This document shows positions 35,832 through 45,549 of a DNA stretch of 64,000 nucleotides, piece by piece. The notes beneath the pieces were generated by a model that saw nothing but the letters and a program-made list of their open reading frames with translations, searched no databases and had not been told where the DNA came from. Location: positions 1 to 64,000 of the IMG/VR virus record IMGVR_UViG_3300048995_000011. One strand, 5' to 3'. Position 1 is the stretch's first letter. Every line of letters starts with the position of its first letter. This DNA is from a virus (lineage: Duplodnaviria; Caudoviricetes). Made by a program: the position numbers and the translations under genes.

Positions 35832-36244
35832 AGATCCGATACACCCTCAACGTCGGCAACACCCAACAGGGAACCGTCACCGACGCAGACGACGCGGTCG
35901 CCGAACACCTCATCCGCTCCGGCTCCGCCGTCCCCGCAGACGGCGAACCCGCCCGCACCATCGACGTCGCCCTACCCGAGCCCGCAGAGTTCCAGCACAC
36001 CCCCGTCGGCGACAAGGCACTGGGCTCCGAAGGCAACAACGACGCCGGCAACGAGCAGAGCGAGAACCCCGACGCTGGGGACGGCGACCAGGCAGATGGT
36101 GACGTGATCGAGGGGATGAGCGTGAAGGAGCTCAAGTCGTTCGCGGAGACCTTCGACCCGCCTGTCCCGACGTACGGCACCAAGGCGGAGATCGCTGACC
36201 GCATCCGTGAACGACAGGGCGAAGAAGCCAACGCCGAGGACTAA
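35828..36244 (+). CDS. hypothetical protein with a C-terminal Rho-N/HeH-like motif
   Basis: MSVKELKSFA...GTKAEIADRI. Confidence 0.65.
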   Translation: MKIRYTLNVGNTQQGTVTDADDAVAEHLIRSGSAVPADGEPARTIDVALPEPAEFQHTPVGDKALGSEGNNDAGNEQSENPDAGDGDQADGDVIEGMSVKELKSFAETFDPPVPTYGTKAEIADRIRERQGEEANAED

Positions 36245-36298
36245 GGACTAAAACACGTCAGCCGTTCACGAGATAGACCCCCAAGGGGTGGGGTACCA

Positions 36299-36332
36299 CC
36301 CGATCATGATCGGGCCCGATACCGGTACGCAT
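36299..36332. other. candidate cos/packaging site region
   Basis: non-coding gap between the HNH block and terS; palindromes CCCGATCATGATCGGG and ATCGGGCCCGAT; CCGGTACGCAT resembles GCAT-ending actinophage 3' overhangs. Confidence 0.3.
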
Positions 36333-36388
36333 AGTGATCGCCAACCTGCTCCCCAAATACCTTTTCGTCCGAAACGTCGGGGGTGGTT

Positions 36389-36865
36389 ATGCCTGGCGTG
36401 AAGGGTGCCTCGGGTGGACACAACCGGAAGCGGTCGGATCAGAAGCTGGGTCACGCGAAGACCGCGAAGGATACGCAGGCGGTGGTGGACAAGCCGACTG
36501 CGGCGGCGGACGCGCCTCAACCCGACTTGGTGTTCCCGGATGGTGCTCTTCCTCCGTTGAGGATGACGCAGGACTTGTGGGATTCGATGGCCGTGTCTGG
36601 CTACAACGAGTTCTTCACCGCCTCGGACTGGGCTGCTGCCGCGGTGCAGATGTATGCGCTGGACCTGTTCATTCGGGACATGTTGGACAAGGGCAACTGG
36701 CGGGCCGGTCAGATGGCTGAGGTTCGCGGGTTGTTGGCGGACATGATGGTGATGGAGTCGGCGCGCCGGAAGTTGCGGATCGAGGTGCAGCGCCCCTCCG
36801 ACAACGAAGACCTCCCGGACAACGTCACGCCTATCCAGAGGGCAGCGGACATGTTCGGCGCGTAG
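36389..36865 (+). CDS. terS: terminase small subunit
   Basis: position; LW.S...SG....F..SDW...; RRKLRIEV. Confidence 0.8.
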   Translation: MPGVKGASGGHNRKRSDQKLGHAKTAKDTQAVVDKPTAAADAPQPDLVFPDGALPPLRMTQDLWDSMAVSGYNEFFTASDWAAAAVQMYALDLFIRDMLDKGNWRAGQMAEVRGLLADMMVMESARRKLRIEVQRPSDNEDLPDNVTPIQRAADMFGA

Positions 36866-36883
36866 TCGCGAGAGGGGGCCGCG

Positions 36884-39649
36884 GTGTTGAAGGCCCCGAA
36901 GAAGGTTGATCCGCGGTTCCTGAACACGTCTCCGCCTCCCGGGTATTTCCGGGACTTTTCGTGTGGCGCGTGGCGGTCGCTGCCGTTCCCTGACGATCCG
37001 ACGACGGATCCTCGCACTACCCGGTCGCTCGGTTATGTGGTGATCGACTGGGCGGAGAAGAACCTAGTCCACCACCTGTCGGGGAAGCCGTGGCGGTTCA
37101 CTCCGTCGCAGAAGCGCTTCTTGGTGCTCTGGTACGCGGTCGACGAGGATGGCCGTTGGGTGTATCGGCGTGGGGTTCGACGTGGAGCGAAAGGTCCGAT
37201 CGCGAATACCACTCCCGTCATGACGCCCACAGGTTGGGTGAAGCATGGGGACCTCGCTGCGGGCAGCGTCGTGTTCGCTGAAGATGGCACCCCGACTCGG
37301 GTCCTTGAGGTTCACCCGGAAGTTGACGAGGACTGCTACAGGATCGATTTCAGTGACGGGTCGTGGGTGGTGTCCACTGGCGGCCACCGTTGGCCTTTGG
37401 AGTTTCTGACCCCGCACGGGAACTACGTCGAGAAGATCACGAACGCGCGTGAGATGGCAGCGAATCTGACTCGCAAGGACGGTGCACGGCTGTGGCGTCA
37501 GCAGGTCGCGCCTGCTGTCGACCTTCCCCGGGCAGAGTTGCTGATCGACCCGTATGTGATGGGGGCGTGGCTGGGGGACGGATCAACCCACGACGGTCGA
37601 ATGGCCGGCATAGATCCGGAGGTGTGGAATCAGTTCGAGCGGCGCGGCTACGCCATAACGCATGATCCCCGGTACCAGCGGTGGACAGCGCACGGTCTAG
37701 TCACTCAACTCCGGGAACTCAACCTGCTGGGTGACAAGAGAATCCTGGCGGGCTACCTCCGTGGATCTGTCGAGCAGCGGTGGGAGCTGCTCCGCGGGCT
37801 GATGGACACCGATGGTGGGTGCGATCCGCGTAACGGAATCGCGGAGTTCACCACGACAAGTCCCGCATTGCGGGACGGCGTGTCCGAACTGCTGGCGTCC
37901 CTGGGTATCAAATTTGGTGTCCGGGACGGACGTGCCACATATTACGGGAGGGACTGCGGCCCCAAGTGGCGGTTCGGGTTCAAGGTCTACGCGGAGACTC
38001 CATTGTTTTACATAGAGCGGAAGCGGGCCCGTCAGAAGTCCCCGAGCGCCGGCCACCGGGGTTTGTCTTTGACCCGCCGGGTTGTTGCGGTCACGCCTGT
38101 CGCGTCAGTCCCGGCTCGGTGTATCACCGTGGCGCATCCGTCGCACCGCTACATGGTGGGCGAGCGGAACATCGTCACATGCAACACAGGCAAGTCGCCC
38201 CTGCTCGCCGCGAAGCTGCTGTGCGAGCTCGCCGGCCCGGTGCGGTTCTCCCACTTCGACGAGCTGGGTAACCCCATCGGCGTACCGCATCGGATGGCGT
38301 TGGTGCAGGTCGCGGCGAACTCGGAGGCTCAGGCGAAGGATGTGCTTCGGGTCGCGAACGCGATGGTCCCGAAGAAGCTGAAAGCTGAGATCAAGTTCGA
38401 GGCTGGCCAGACCGCGTCGACCGCAGCATCGGGGCGTATTGAGGTTTTGACATCGTCGATGTCCTCGGCTGAGGGTGACCCCGCGACGTTCATCGGTTTC
38501 GACGAGCCGCATCACGCGAAGAAGTCGAACGGTGGCCACGACATGGCTGGCGTGGTTCGACGCAACGTGGTGAAGTCGCCGGGCGGCCAGGCGCGGGTGT
38601 GTGAGTTCACGAACGCGCACGAAGAGGGTGAAGACTCGGTCGCTGAGCGCACCTATCTGGCGTGGCAGGACCAGGTTGCGGGGAAGACGAACTACCAGGA
38701 CATCCTGTATGACTCGACCGAAGCCCCGGCGTATCTGAGTTTGCACACGGAAGCGGATGTGTGGGCTGGTCTGCGGGCGTCGTATGCGGACTCCCCGTGG
38801 AATGACTTGCAGGCGATAGCGCAGGAGATCGACATGACGGATACGTCCGTCGCCGACTCCATCAGGTACTACCTGAATGCTTTGGCTGCGAACGAGTCGA
38901 GTTGGGTTGACCCGCGTCGTTTCGACGACCGTGGACGCCCGGAAATCGTGGTGGCCGATCAGGATGAGATCGCCCTGTTCCTCGACTGTTCGAAGTCGGG
39001 TGACGCAACCACGCTGTCGGGGTGTCGCATCTCCGATGGCCATGTGATCTCGCTGGGTGGGTGGCAGAAGCCGCACGGTCACCGCGGTAAGGGGTGGTTG
39101 GCTCCGCGGGAGCAGGTGGACGCCAAGGTTCGTGAGGCGTTCGACCGCTACAAGGTCGTGTGGTTCGGGGTTGATCCGTCGCCCGCGAAGGACGACGACA
39201 CGGAGGCCTCGTACTGGCGGCCGCTGGTGGACGATTGGCATCGGGATTTCCGGGCCACGCTGTTGGTGTGGGCTTCGCCGCAGAACGCGGTGGAGTTCGA
39301 CATGCGCCTGTCCAGCCCGGGTGGCCGGGATCGGAACCGTCTGTTCACTGAGGCTGCGATGCAGACCGCGGTGGACATCGACGGTGAGGTTGACGAGTTC
39401 GGGCAGGTTGTTGTCGCCCCCACGTTGACGCATGACGGGGATTCGATGCTGCGGGTTCATGTGCACGCGGCTCGGCGCCGGCCGAATCAGTGGGGTTTCA
39501 CCCTCGGCAAGGAGAACCGGGATTCGAACCGGAAGGTCGACTACGCGGTGACGATGGTCGGTGCCCGTCTGGGCCGGCGGTTGGTGTTGAACTCGGCGGC
39601 GTGGCAGAAGCGGGCGAAGAAGCGAACCGGTAGGGCATTCCTGATATAG
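36884..39649 (+). CDS. terL: terminase large subunit with an intein
   Basis: reconstituted Walker A RGAKG|TGKSP, Walker B FIGFDE, nuclease LFLDCSKSGD and KVDYA motifs. Confidence 0.95.
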   Translation: MLKAPKKVDPRFLNTSPPPGYFRDFSCGAWRSLPFPDDPTTDPRTTRSLGYVVIDWAEKNLVHHLSGKPWRFTPSQKRFLVLWYAVDEDGRWVYRRGVRRGAKGPIANTTPVMTPTGWVKHGDLAAGSVVFAEDGTPTRVLEVHPEVDEDCYRIDFSDGSWVVSTGGHRWPLEFLTPHGNYVEKITNAREMAANLTRKDGARLWRQQVAPAVDLPRAELLIDPYVMGAWLGDGSTHDGRMAGIDPEVWNQFERRGYAITHDPRYQRWTAHGLVTQLRELNLLGDKRILAGYLRGSVEQRWELLRGLMDTDGGCDPRNGIAEFTTTSPALRDGVSELLASLGIKFGVRDGRATYYGRDCGPKWRFGFKVYAETPLFYIERKRARQKSPSAGHRGLSLTRRVVAVTPVASVPARCITVAHPSHRYMVGERNIVTCNTGKSPLLAAKLLCELAGPVRFSHFDELGNPIGVPHRMALVQVAANSEAQAKDVLRVANAMVPKKLKAEIKFEAGQTASTAASGRIEVLTSSMSSAEGDPATFIGFDEPHHAKKSNGGHDMAGVVRRNVVKSPGGQARVCEFTNAHEEGEDSVAERTYLAWQDQVAGKTNYQDILYDSTEAPAYLSLHTEADVWAGLRASYADSPWNDLQAIAQEIDMTDTSVADSIRYYLNALAANESSWVDPRRFDDRGRPEIVVADQDEIALFLDCSKSGDATTLSGCRISDGHVISLGGWQKPHGHRGKGWLAPREQVDAKVREAFDRYKVVWFGVDPSPAKDDDTEASYWRPLVDDWHRDFRATLLVWASPQNAVEFDMRLSSPGGRDRNRLFTEAAMQTAVDIDGEVDEFGQVVVAPTLTHDGDSMLRVHVHAARRRPNQWGFTLGKENRDSNRKVDYAVTMVGARLGRRLVLNSAAWQKRAKKRTGRAFLI
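37196..38185 (+). mobile_element. class 3 intein (330 aa) with LAGLIDADG homing endonuclease
   Basis: starts PIANTTPVMTPTGW; block B GHRW, block F RCI, block G VTCN|T; LRGLMDTDG and GAWLGDG motifs. Confidence 0.9.
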
Positions 39650-39684
39650 ACGATTCGGGCTGGACGCCCAGGAAGGGGCGTCCA

Positions 39685-41100
39685 GTGGCGTTTCACGAGT
39701 TGACCAATTCGAAGCTGAAAGCGCTACTGAAGAAGTCCGAAGGCGACCGGGCGAAGGAAGCGGACCGGCTGGAGAAGATCCGATCTTATGTGCTCGGGGA
39801 CCACCCGGGCCCGTACCGCCCCAAGACTGCGAATGCCGAATACAACTTGCTGATTGAGCGTTCGATCACGAATCTGCTGCCGATGGTGCGGAACGCGAGT
39901 GCCCAGCAGCTGTTTATCGAGGGGTACCGGACGTCACCGAAGGCTGGAGGGGTGCCTTCGACGGCGGCCAACGCTACGGGGTGGACGTACTGGCAGGCGA
40001 ACCAGTTCGACTCCCGTCAGTCGCAGATCTTCACGTCGTCGTTGACGTACGGGTATGCGTGGGGGACGGCTCTGCCGGGCACTCGCGGGCCGGTGATGCG
40101 TGGCGTGTCTGCGCGGAAGATGTTTTGCCTGTGGGAAGACCCGGTCGACGATGAGTTCCCGCAGTACGCGCTGTCGACGAAGCCGGGTACAGGCGAGGTC
40201 ACGGCAGTTCTCGACAGCCAGTTCCGCTACAAGGTGGGTCGCACGTCGGGCGATTTCGGGCCTCAGATCGTCGGTCAGGAACGTCACGGCGTGGGGGTGT
40301 GTCCGGTGGTGCGGTATGCGCCGGATATCGACTTGGACGGTCGCTGCACGGGCGAGATCGAGCCCCTGTATGCGGTGCAGGACCGCATCAACCAGACTTC
40401 TTTCGACCTTCTGATCGCGCAGACGTACGGCTCGTTCAAGATCCGCGGCATCTCGGGGCTCGCGGCGCCTGTCGATCCGTCTACTGGTCAACCTGTCCCC
40501 ATCACGTTCGATGTGCGGCGGTTTCTGTTCGCTGAGGACGCGGATGTGAAGCCGTGGCAGTTGGACGGAACCCCGCTGGACGGGTATATCGCGGCGTTTG
40601 ACCTCGCGGTGCACCACTTGGCGGTGAAGTCGCAGACCCCGCCCCACTACCTGCTCGGGAAGATGGCGAACCTGTCCGCGGATGCGCTGGCCGCGGCAGA
40701 AACCACTCTCACGCGGAAGGTCGCCGGCTACAAGCACACGTTGGGCGAGGCGGCGGAGCAGCACATTCGGCTGGCGTCCGCAGTGGCAAAGGATCCGCCC
40801 ACGGAGCAGGACGTGCACGCCCAGGTGGTGTGGGCGGACATGGAGTCCCGGTCCCTGTCTCAGGTCGCGGATGCGCTGGGGAAGATGAAGGACTCGCTGG
40901 AGATTCCCGCTGTCGGGTTGTGGACGAAGCTGCCGGGCGTCACGCAGGCGGACATCGACCAGTGGAAGGCGCTGCGCGCCGCGGAGGACCCGATTCAGGC
41001 GATGCGGGCAGAGTTGGACCGCCAGGCCGGGGACATAGCCACCCAGCGAGCCACCTCCCGCAACGGTGGTGTTTCCGTGAACGGATCGGCTGTTGCCTAG
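39685..41100 (+). CDS. portal protein (SPP1 Gp6-like)
   Basis: follows terL; W..NQFDSRQ, QDRIN, LGKMANLSADALAAAE. Confidence 0.9.
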   Translation: MAFHELTNSKLKALLKKSEGDRAKEADRLEKIRSYVLGDHPGPYRPKTANAEYNLLIERSITNLLPMVRNASAQQLFIEGYRTSPKAGGVPSTAANATGWTYWQANQFDSRQSQIFTSSLTYGYAWGTALPGTRGPVMRGVSARKMFCLWEDPVDDEFPQYALSTKPGTGEVTAVLDSQFRYKVGRTSGDFGPQIVGQERHGVGVCPVVRYAPDIDLDGRCTGEIEPLYAVQDRINQTSFDLLIAQTYGSFKIRGISGLAAPVDPSTGQPVPITFDVRRFLFAEDADVKPWQLDGTPLDGYIAAFDLAVHHLAVKSQTPPHYLLGKMANLSADALAAAETTLTRKVAGYKHTLGEAAEQHIRLASAVAKDPPTEQDVHAQVVWADMESRSLSQVADALGKMKDSLEIPAVGLWTKLPGVTQADIDQWKALRAAEDPIQAMRAELDRQAGDIATQRATSRNGGVSVNGSAVA

Positions 41101-41866
41101 CACCGCGGAGCTCGCGGAACAGGCCAAGGCTGACCAGTTGGCTGTCCGGGCCGTGCTGCTGAAGGAGCTGCTCGACCTGTGGGCATTGCTGGATCCGGAG
41201 AACGTGCAGGGGTCTGGTCCGGAGTGGCTGCGTGAAGTGGTACCGCTGATCTTGCGCTATCGGGATCTGTCGGTGGCGCGGGCGGAGGATTCGTACAACG
41301 AGATGCGTCGCGAAGCGGTGCCGGGTGCTGGGGTCTTTCGTCTGCCGCTGGTGGATGACCCGGACCTGCGTGACCTGCAGAAGACTCTGCTTATCACGGG
41401 CCCGGGACGGGTTGCTCAGCTGCAGAACCAGGGCAAGTCTCCGGCGCAGGCGAAGCGGGATGCGGTCCCGCTGCTGTCGGGGTCCGCGAGCAAAGCGGTG
41501 CTGGATGCCGGCCGTGAAGCGGTGATGCAGGGTGTCGAGAAGGACCCGAAGGCGATTGCTTACGCCCGGCTACCGTCTCCTGGCGCGTGCGGCTGGTGCC
41601 TGATGTTGAGTTCCCGCGGAGCGGTCTACTCGGCACGGACGGTGGTGAAAACGACCAGTCGTAGCCAGAAGCAAGGCTCAGGCAAGTCATTCCACGACTT
41701 CTGTAGCTGTGTCCCGTTCGCGGTGTACAGCCGAGACACTGAAATGCCGCCGATCATCGACGAAGCCGAGCGCCTGTGGATCGAGTCCACCCAAGGCATG
41801 TCCGGTAAAGCTGCCCTCGCTGCCTACCGGGTGGCTGTGGGTGAAACCCCAGGCACCACTAGATAA
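41093..41866 (+). CDS. head morphogenesis / capsid maturation protein (VG15/MuF-like)
   Basis: ACGWCLMLSSRG..Y, FHDFCSC; position after portal. Confidence 0.8.
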   Translation: MPSTAELAEQAKADQLAVRAVLLKELLDLWALLDPENVQGSGPEWLREVVPLILRYRDLSVARAEDSYNEMRREAVPGAGVFRLPLVDDPDLRDLQKTLLITGPGRVAQLQNQGKSPAQAKRDAVPLLSGSASKAVLDAGREAVMQGVEKDPKAIAYARLPSPGACGWCLMLSSRGAVYSARTVVKTTSRSQKQGSGKSFHDFCSCVPFAVYSRDTEMPPIIDEAERLWIESTQGMSGKAALAAYRVAVGETPGTTR

Positions 41867-41875
41867 GGAGCACCT

Positions 41876-42106
41876 ATGCCCACGCCCCCCAAGCCGAGCC
41901 CGCCGACTCCCAAAGCCCCGCCCGCGGGTGACTTCGAGATCGTCGACGAGGCGTCGCTGCAGACCGCGGTCGACGCGGTGGCGATGGTCGAGGACCCCGA
42001 CGAGCAGCGGCAGCTGCGGGAGTTCATCGTCGAGAAGGCCCTTGAGTTGGGCCTCGAGGACAAACTGCCCGCTGACTGGCCTGAGGTTTCCGGCAACCCC
42101 GCCTAA
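41876..42106 (+). CDS. small head-module protein
   Basis: AAGGAG RBS; FI..KA.ELG..D.LP.DW motif. Confidence 0.6.
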   Translation: MPTPPKPSPPTPKAPPAGDFEIVDEASLQTAVDAVAMVEDPDEQRQLREFIVEKALELGLEDKLPADWPEVSGNPA

Positions 42107-42172
42107 GCGCCCCGTCCCATCCGTTCATTGCCGGTCTCGTGGACTGGCACCCTCGTAGGGAGAACAAACGCA

Positions 42173-42895
42173 ATGGCTGACGCCCAGGAGATCCTGAATC
42201 GTGCCGTGGCTGCCCGTGAGCAGGCCCAGAACGGTAAGCAGGATCCGGAGAAGCCGAACGACGACAACCCGGATGCCGCGAAGAACGAACCTGAGCCTGG
42301 CAAGCCAGCGGAGCCGGACGAGCCGCTGGGGCCGGCGGGTGTGCGCGCCCTCGAGCGTGTCCGTCGCGAGCGGGACGAGCTGAAGCAGGCCCGCTCGGAC
42401 CTGGATAAGACGATCGCGGATCTGACGCGGGAACGTGATCAGCTCAAGGTCGATCTCGAAGCGGCCCCGAAGGGGGAATCGGGCGAGCCGGACGAGCAGC
42501 ACGCTGCCGCACTGGATGAGCTACGCGCGGAAATCGAGACCTTGACCAGCCAAAACAAGAAGCTCGCCGACGAGCACGCAGCGGACGCATCGAGCTTGAT
42601 GCGGCTGCGGGTCGCCATGCGCAAGGGACTCGACGAGCCCGAAGCGAAGCGCCTGGAGGCCACCGCGCGCCGTCTCGTGGGCGGCACCGAGGAGGAGCTG
42701 GAAGCGGATGCCGACGAGTTCTTCGAGTACGTCGGCGCTGGACGATCTTCCATCGACGGACTGTTGCAGAAGCCGCAGGAGAACCTCCGTGGCGGCGCAC
42801 AGCCGGATGAGGAGCCGGATGAGATGGATCCGGACAAGTTGGCTGCGGGTGTCCGCAGCCGGCAGGGTGGAGTTGCTTTCCGCCTCGCCCAGTAG
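42173..42895 (+). CDS. capsid scaffolding protein
   Basis: acidic coiled coil, RL.GGTEEELEADAD, P.ENLRGGA; precedes MCP. Confidence 0.85.
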   Translation: MADAQEILNRAVAAREQAQNGKQDPEKPNDDNPDAAKNEPEPGKPAEPDEPLGPAGVRALERVRRERDELKQARSDLDKTIADLTRERDQLKVDLEAAPKGESGEPDEQHAAALDELRAEIETLTSQNKKLADEHAADASSLMRLRVAMRKGLDEPEAKRLEATARRLVGGTEEELEADADEFFEYVGAGRSSIDGLLQKPQENLRGGAQPDEEPDEMDPDKLAAGVRSRQGGVAFRLAQ

Positions 42896-43015
42896 GGCAT
42901 TTCCTGTAACCACGTCGCCGTCGCGACGGACAACGAGGGATTCGTAATCACCTCGTCTCTCGCAGTTATTCGAATGGCGCATTGCGATCAGTGCGCCCAA
43001 AAAACGAGGTGATTC

Positions 43016-43951
43016 ATGGGCTTCACAGCTGTCAAATCGGTCAAGATCGCTCGAACGGGCTTGGGTCTCCTGCGCCGGGACTTGGTTCTGCCCCAGCTCG
43101 TCTGGCGCGACGCGGGTGGCGACTTCACGGGCTCCGCCGGCGACGTGGTCAACATCCGCATCCCCGCCATCGCAGTGGCGCGCAAGAACGCGCTGCGGGC
43201 GACCGGTGAGTCGCGGAAGAAGGTGATGGACGACCTGGCGGAGGGCTCCGTGCAGGTCGCGCTGACCCACGACGTGTACCACGGCACGTCCATCACCGAC
43301 GAGCAGATGGACCTCGACGTCGAGGACTTCAACGCCCAGGTGCTGGACCCGCAGGTGCGGGCCGTCGCCGAGGGCCTGGAGCAGACCGTCGCCGACGTGA
43401 TGGTGGGTTCCACCTACCCGGCCGCGAACAAGCTGGCCGCGATCACCACGGACGACCCGTACGCAGTGTTCGTCGACGCCAAGACGGTGCTCGGCAAGAG
43501 CTTCGTGCCGCTGCAGGACCGGTTCGCGGTCGTGGGTGCGGACGTGGAGGCGTGGATCCTCAAGTCGGACCACCTGGCCCGGTATGACCAGGCCGGTTCG
43601 GACACCGCCCTTCGGGAGGCCACGATCGGTCGCCTCGCGGGCATGACCACCACCACGTCGTACGCGCTGCCGGCGAACAAGGCGTACATCTTCCACAAGA
43701 CGGCGTTCGTCCTGTCCACGCAGGCCCCGAAGGTCCCGAAGGGTGCTTCGTTCGGGGACTCGCAGTCCTACCAGGGGTTCTCCCTGCGCTGGATCATGGA
43801 CTACGACGCCGACTACAGCTCGGACCGGTCGATCGTGAACACCTTCGCCGGTGCGAACGCGGTCACCGACTACGCCCCGGGTGACATTGCTCGTTCCGGG
43901 GCGAAGAGCCTGGTGCGTGCGGTGGAGATCACCCTGACCGCGGCTCCGTGA
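43016..43951 (+). CDS. major capsid protein
   Basis: GDVVNIRIP, TDEQMDLD, LREATIGRLAG; 311 aa after scaffold. Confidence 0.85.
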   Translation: MGFTAVKSVKIARTGLGLLRRDLVLPQLVWRDAGGDFTGSAGDVVNIRIPAIAVARKNALRATGESRKKVMDDLAEGSVQVALTHDVYHGTSITDEQMDLDVEDFNAQVLDPQVRAVAEGLEQTVADVMVGSTYPAANKLAAITTDDPYAVFVDAKTVLGKSFVPLQDRFAVVGADVEAWILKSDHLARYDQAGSDTALREATIGRLAGMTTTTSYALPANKAYIFHKTAFVLSTQAPKVPKGASFGDSQSYQGFSLRWIMDYDADYSSDRSIVNTFAGANAVTDYAPGDIARSGAKSLVRAVEITLTAAP

Positions 43952-44421
43952 TGATTGGGCTGTTGGCGGACGTGGAAGACCTCGCCGCCCGGGTGGGTCG
44001 TGAACTCGTTGAGGGCACGACCGAGCACGCCCGGGCGGTGGCGGCGATCGCTGACGCCTCAGCGCTGGTGTGCGCGGAGACGGGACAGACCTGGGACACC
44101 GAGAGTGCCCCGCAGGTTCCGTCTCCCGTCGTGGTGGTGGTGTTGCAGGCGGCGGAACGCAAGTGGCGCAATCCGGCCGGCAACACCACCCGCACCGCTG
44201 GCCCTCTCGGGGAGGGGTTCACCCAGCAGGCCGCATCTGGTGTGTACCTGACCGAGGATGAGCGGCGGATCCTGTTCCGCTTCTCTACCCGCAAGTCGGG
44301 TTTGGTGTCGGTGCCTGTGGAGCGCGCGGACGTGGTGTCCGATGCGTGGTCGCGGGTGCCGATCCAGTACTCGGACGGCACGTCTGGCCAGTCGTTCCCC
44401 TACTTCACCGAGCCGCTGTAG
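43948..44421 (+). CDS. head-to-tail adaptor
   Basis: DASALV, RKWRNPAG, GVYLTEDE. Confidence 0.8.
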   Translation: MMIGLLADVEDLAARVGRELVEGTTEHARAVAAIADASALVCAETGQTWDTESAPQVPSPVVVVVLQAAERKWRNPAGNTTRTAGPLGEGFTQQAASGVYLTEDERRILFRFSTRKSGLVSVPVERADVVSDAWSRVPIQYSDGTSGQSFPYFTEPL

Positions 44422-44429
44422 GGGGACTG

Positions 44430-44759
44430 GTGCAGTTCGACAACGGGATCACCGTCGAGGTCATCACGATGGACACCGACAAGTTCGGCGACCGCGCCGA
44501 GTCGACGGTGTCGACGATCCCGAACTGCATGTTCGCCCCCTCCTCGAGCGTCGAAGACAACGCCGGTCGCACCCAAGTGGACCGGACCGCGTCCCTGATC
44601 GTCGGCGCCGGCTACGGCGCCCTCCTCCCGTCTGCCTCAGCCCGTGTCCGCGTTCCAGGGCGCGGGGTGTGGGAGGTCGACGGCTACCCCGACCAGTGGA
44701 CCGCATTGGACGGCACCGATATGGGTGGCGAGATCAAGCTGAGGAGGGTGATCGGCTAG
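44430..44759 (+). CDS. head-to-tail stopper
   Basis: D.FGD, ARVRVPG..WEVDG.P; position. Confidence 0.7.
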   Translation: MQFDNGITVEVITMDTDKFGDRAESTVSTIPNCMFAPSSSVEDNAGRTQVDRTASLIVGAGYGALLPSASARVRVPGRGVWEVDGYPDQWTALDGTDMGGEIKLRRVIG

Positions 44760-45058
44760 TGGAGTACCAACGGGATTCGAAAGAGACCGCGAAGTTCCTC
44801 CTCGGCCCCGAACTGCGGAAGGTCACCACCCTGGCTGCAGGGAAGGTGCTGGCGAAGGCTCGAGCCAATCTCGCGGCGCACGTCGACACGGGCGAAACCA
44901 TGCGGTCTGGGCGTCTCGTCCACTCCGCACGGGGCGGGGTCAAGAAGGACCGTGTCTCGGTTTCCGTCGTGTTCGGCGGGCAGGCCGTTCCGCTGCAGTT
45001 CGGCAACCGCCGCGTCAGGGCCACCAGGTTCCTCACCCGCGCGTTGGAGGGGGACTGA
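44759..45058 (+). CDS. neck/tail completion protein (HK97 gp10-like)
   Basis: VDTG, LQFG, RFLTRAL; position. Confidence 0.65.
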   Translation: MEYQRDSKETAKFLLGPELRKVTTLAAGKVLAKARANLAAHVDTGETMRSGRLVHSARGGVKKDRVSVSVVFGGQAVPLQFGNRRVRATRFLTRALEGD

Positions 45059-45474
45059 TGGCCTTCCCTGACGTTGAAGTCGCCTTGATGGAGCTGCTTG
45101 AGCCCATCGCACCCACCTACAACCAGCCCCCATCGTTCCTTGCTGACGCCGACGAACCACCAGCGCAGGGCGAGGACGAAGGGATCGCACCCCCGTTCAT
45201 CTCCGTCATCCGTATCCCGGGTGGGGGAACGAACCGGCAGGGCTGGGAGGACACCGCGATCGTCGAGGTCGCCGTGTTCGGTGTCCGACGCGCCGAGTCC
45301 CAGCAGATGCTCAACACCGTCCGCACCGCTCTCGCCGGCCGGCGCCTGATCGAAACGTCCGTTGGTCTGCTCGATCGGATCGACGAGAACAACGGTCCCG
45401 GGCAGATCCCGTACGAGCAGCGGGACATCCGCCGCATCCCGTCCACCTGGACGGTTGTTTCACGCGCCCAGTAG
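45058..45474 (+). CDS. tail terminator protein
   Basis: FPDVE, PFISVIRIPGGG; position before MTP. Confidence 0.75.
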   Translation: MAFPDVEVALMELLEPIAPTYNQPPSFLADADEPPAQGEDEGIAPPFISVIRIPGGGTNRQGWEDTAIVEVAVFGVRRAESQQMLNTVRTALAGRRLIETSVGLLDRIDENNGPGQIPYEQRDIRRIPSTWTVVSRAQ

Positions 45475-45549
45475 CGCACTGACACCCAGGGACTCCCACT
45501 CACCGGCCCGTGGTCGGTTTCTTACCCGTCCAGAAAGGACCGGAACACA

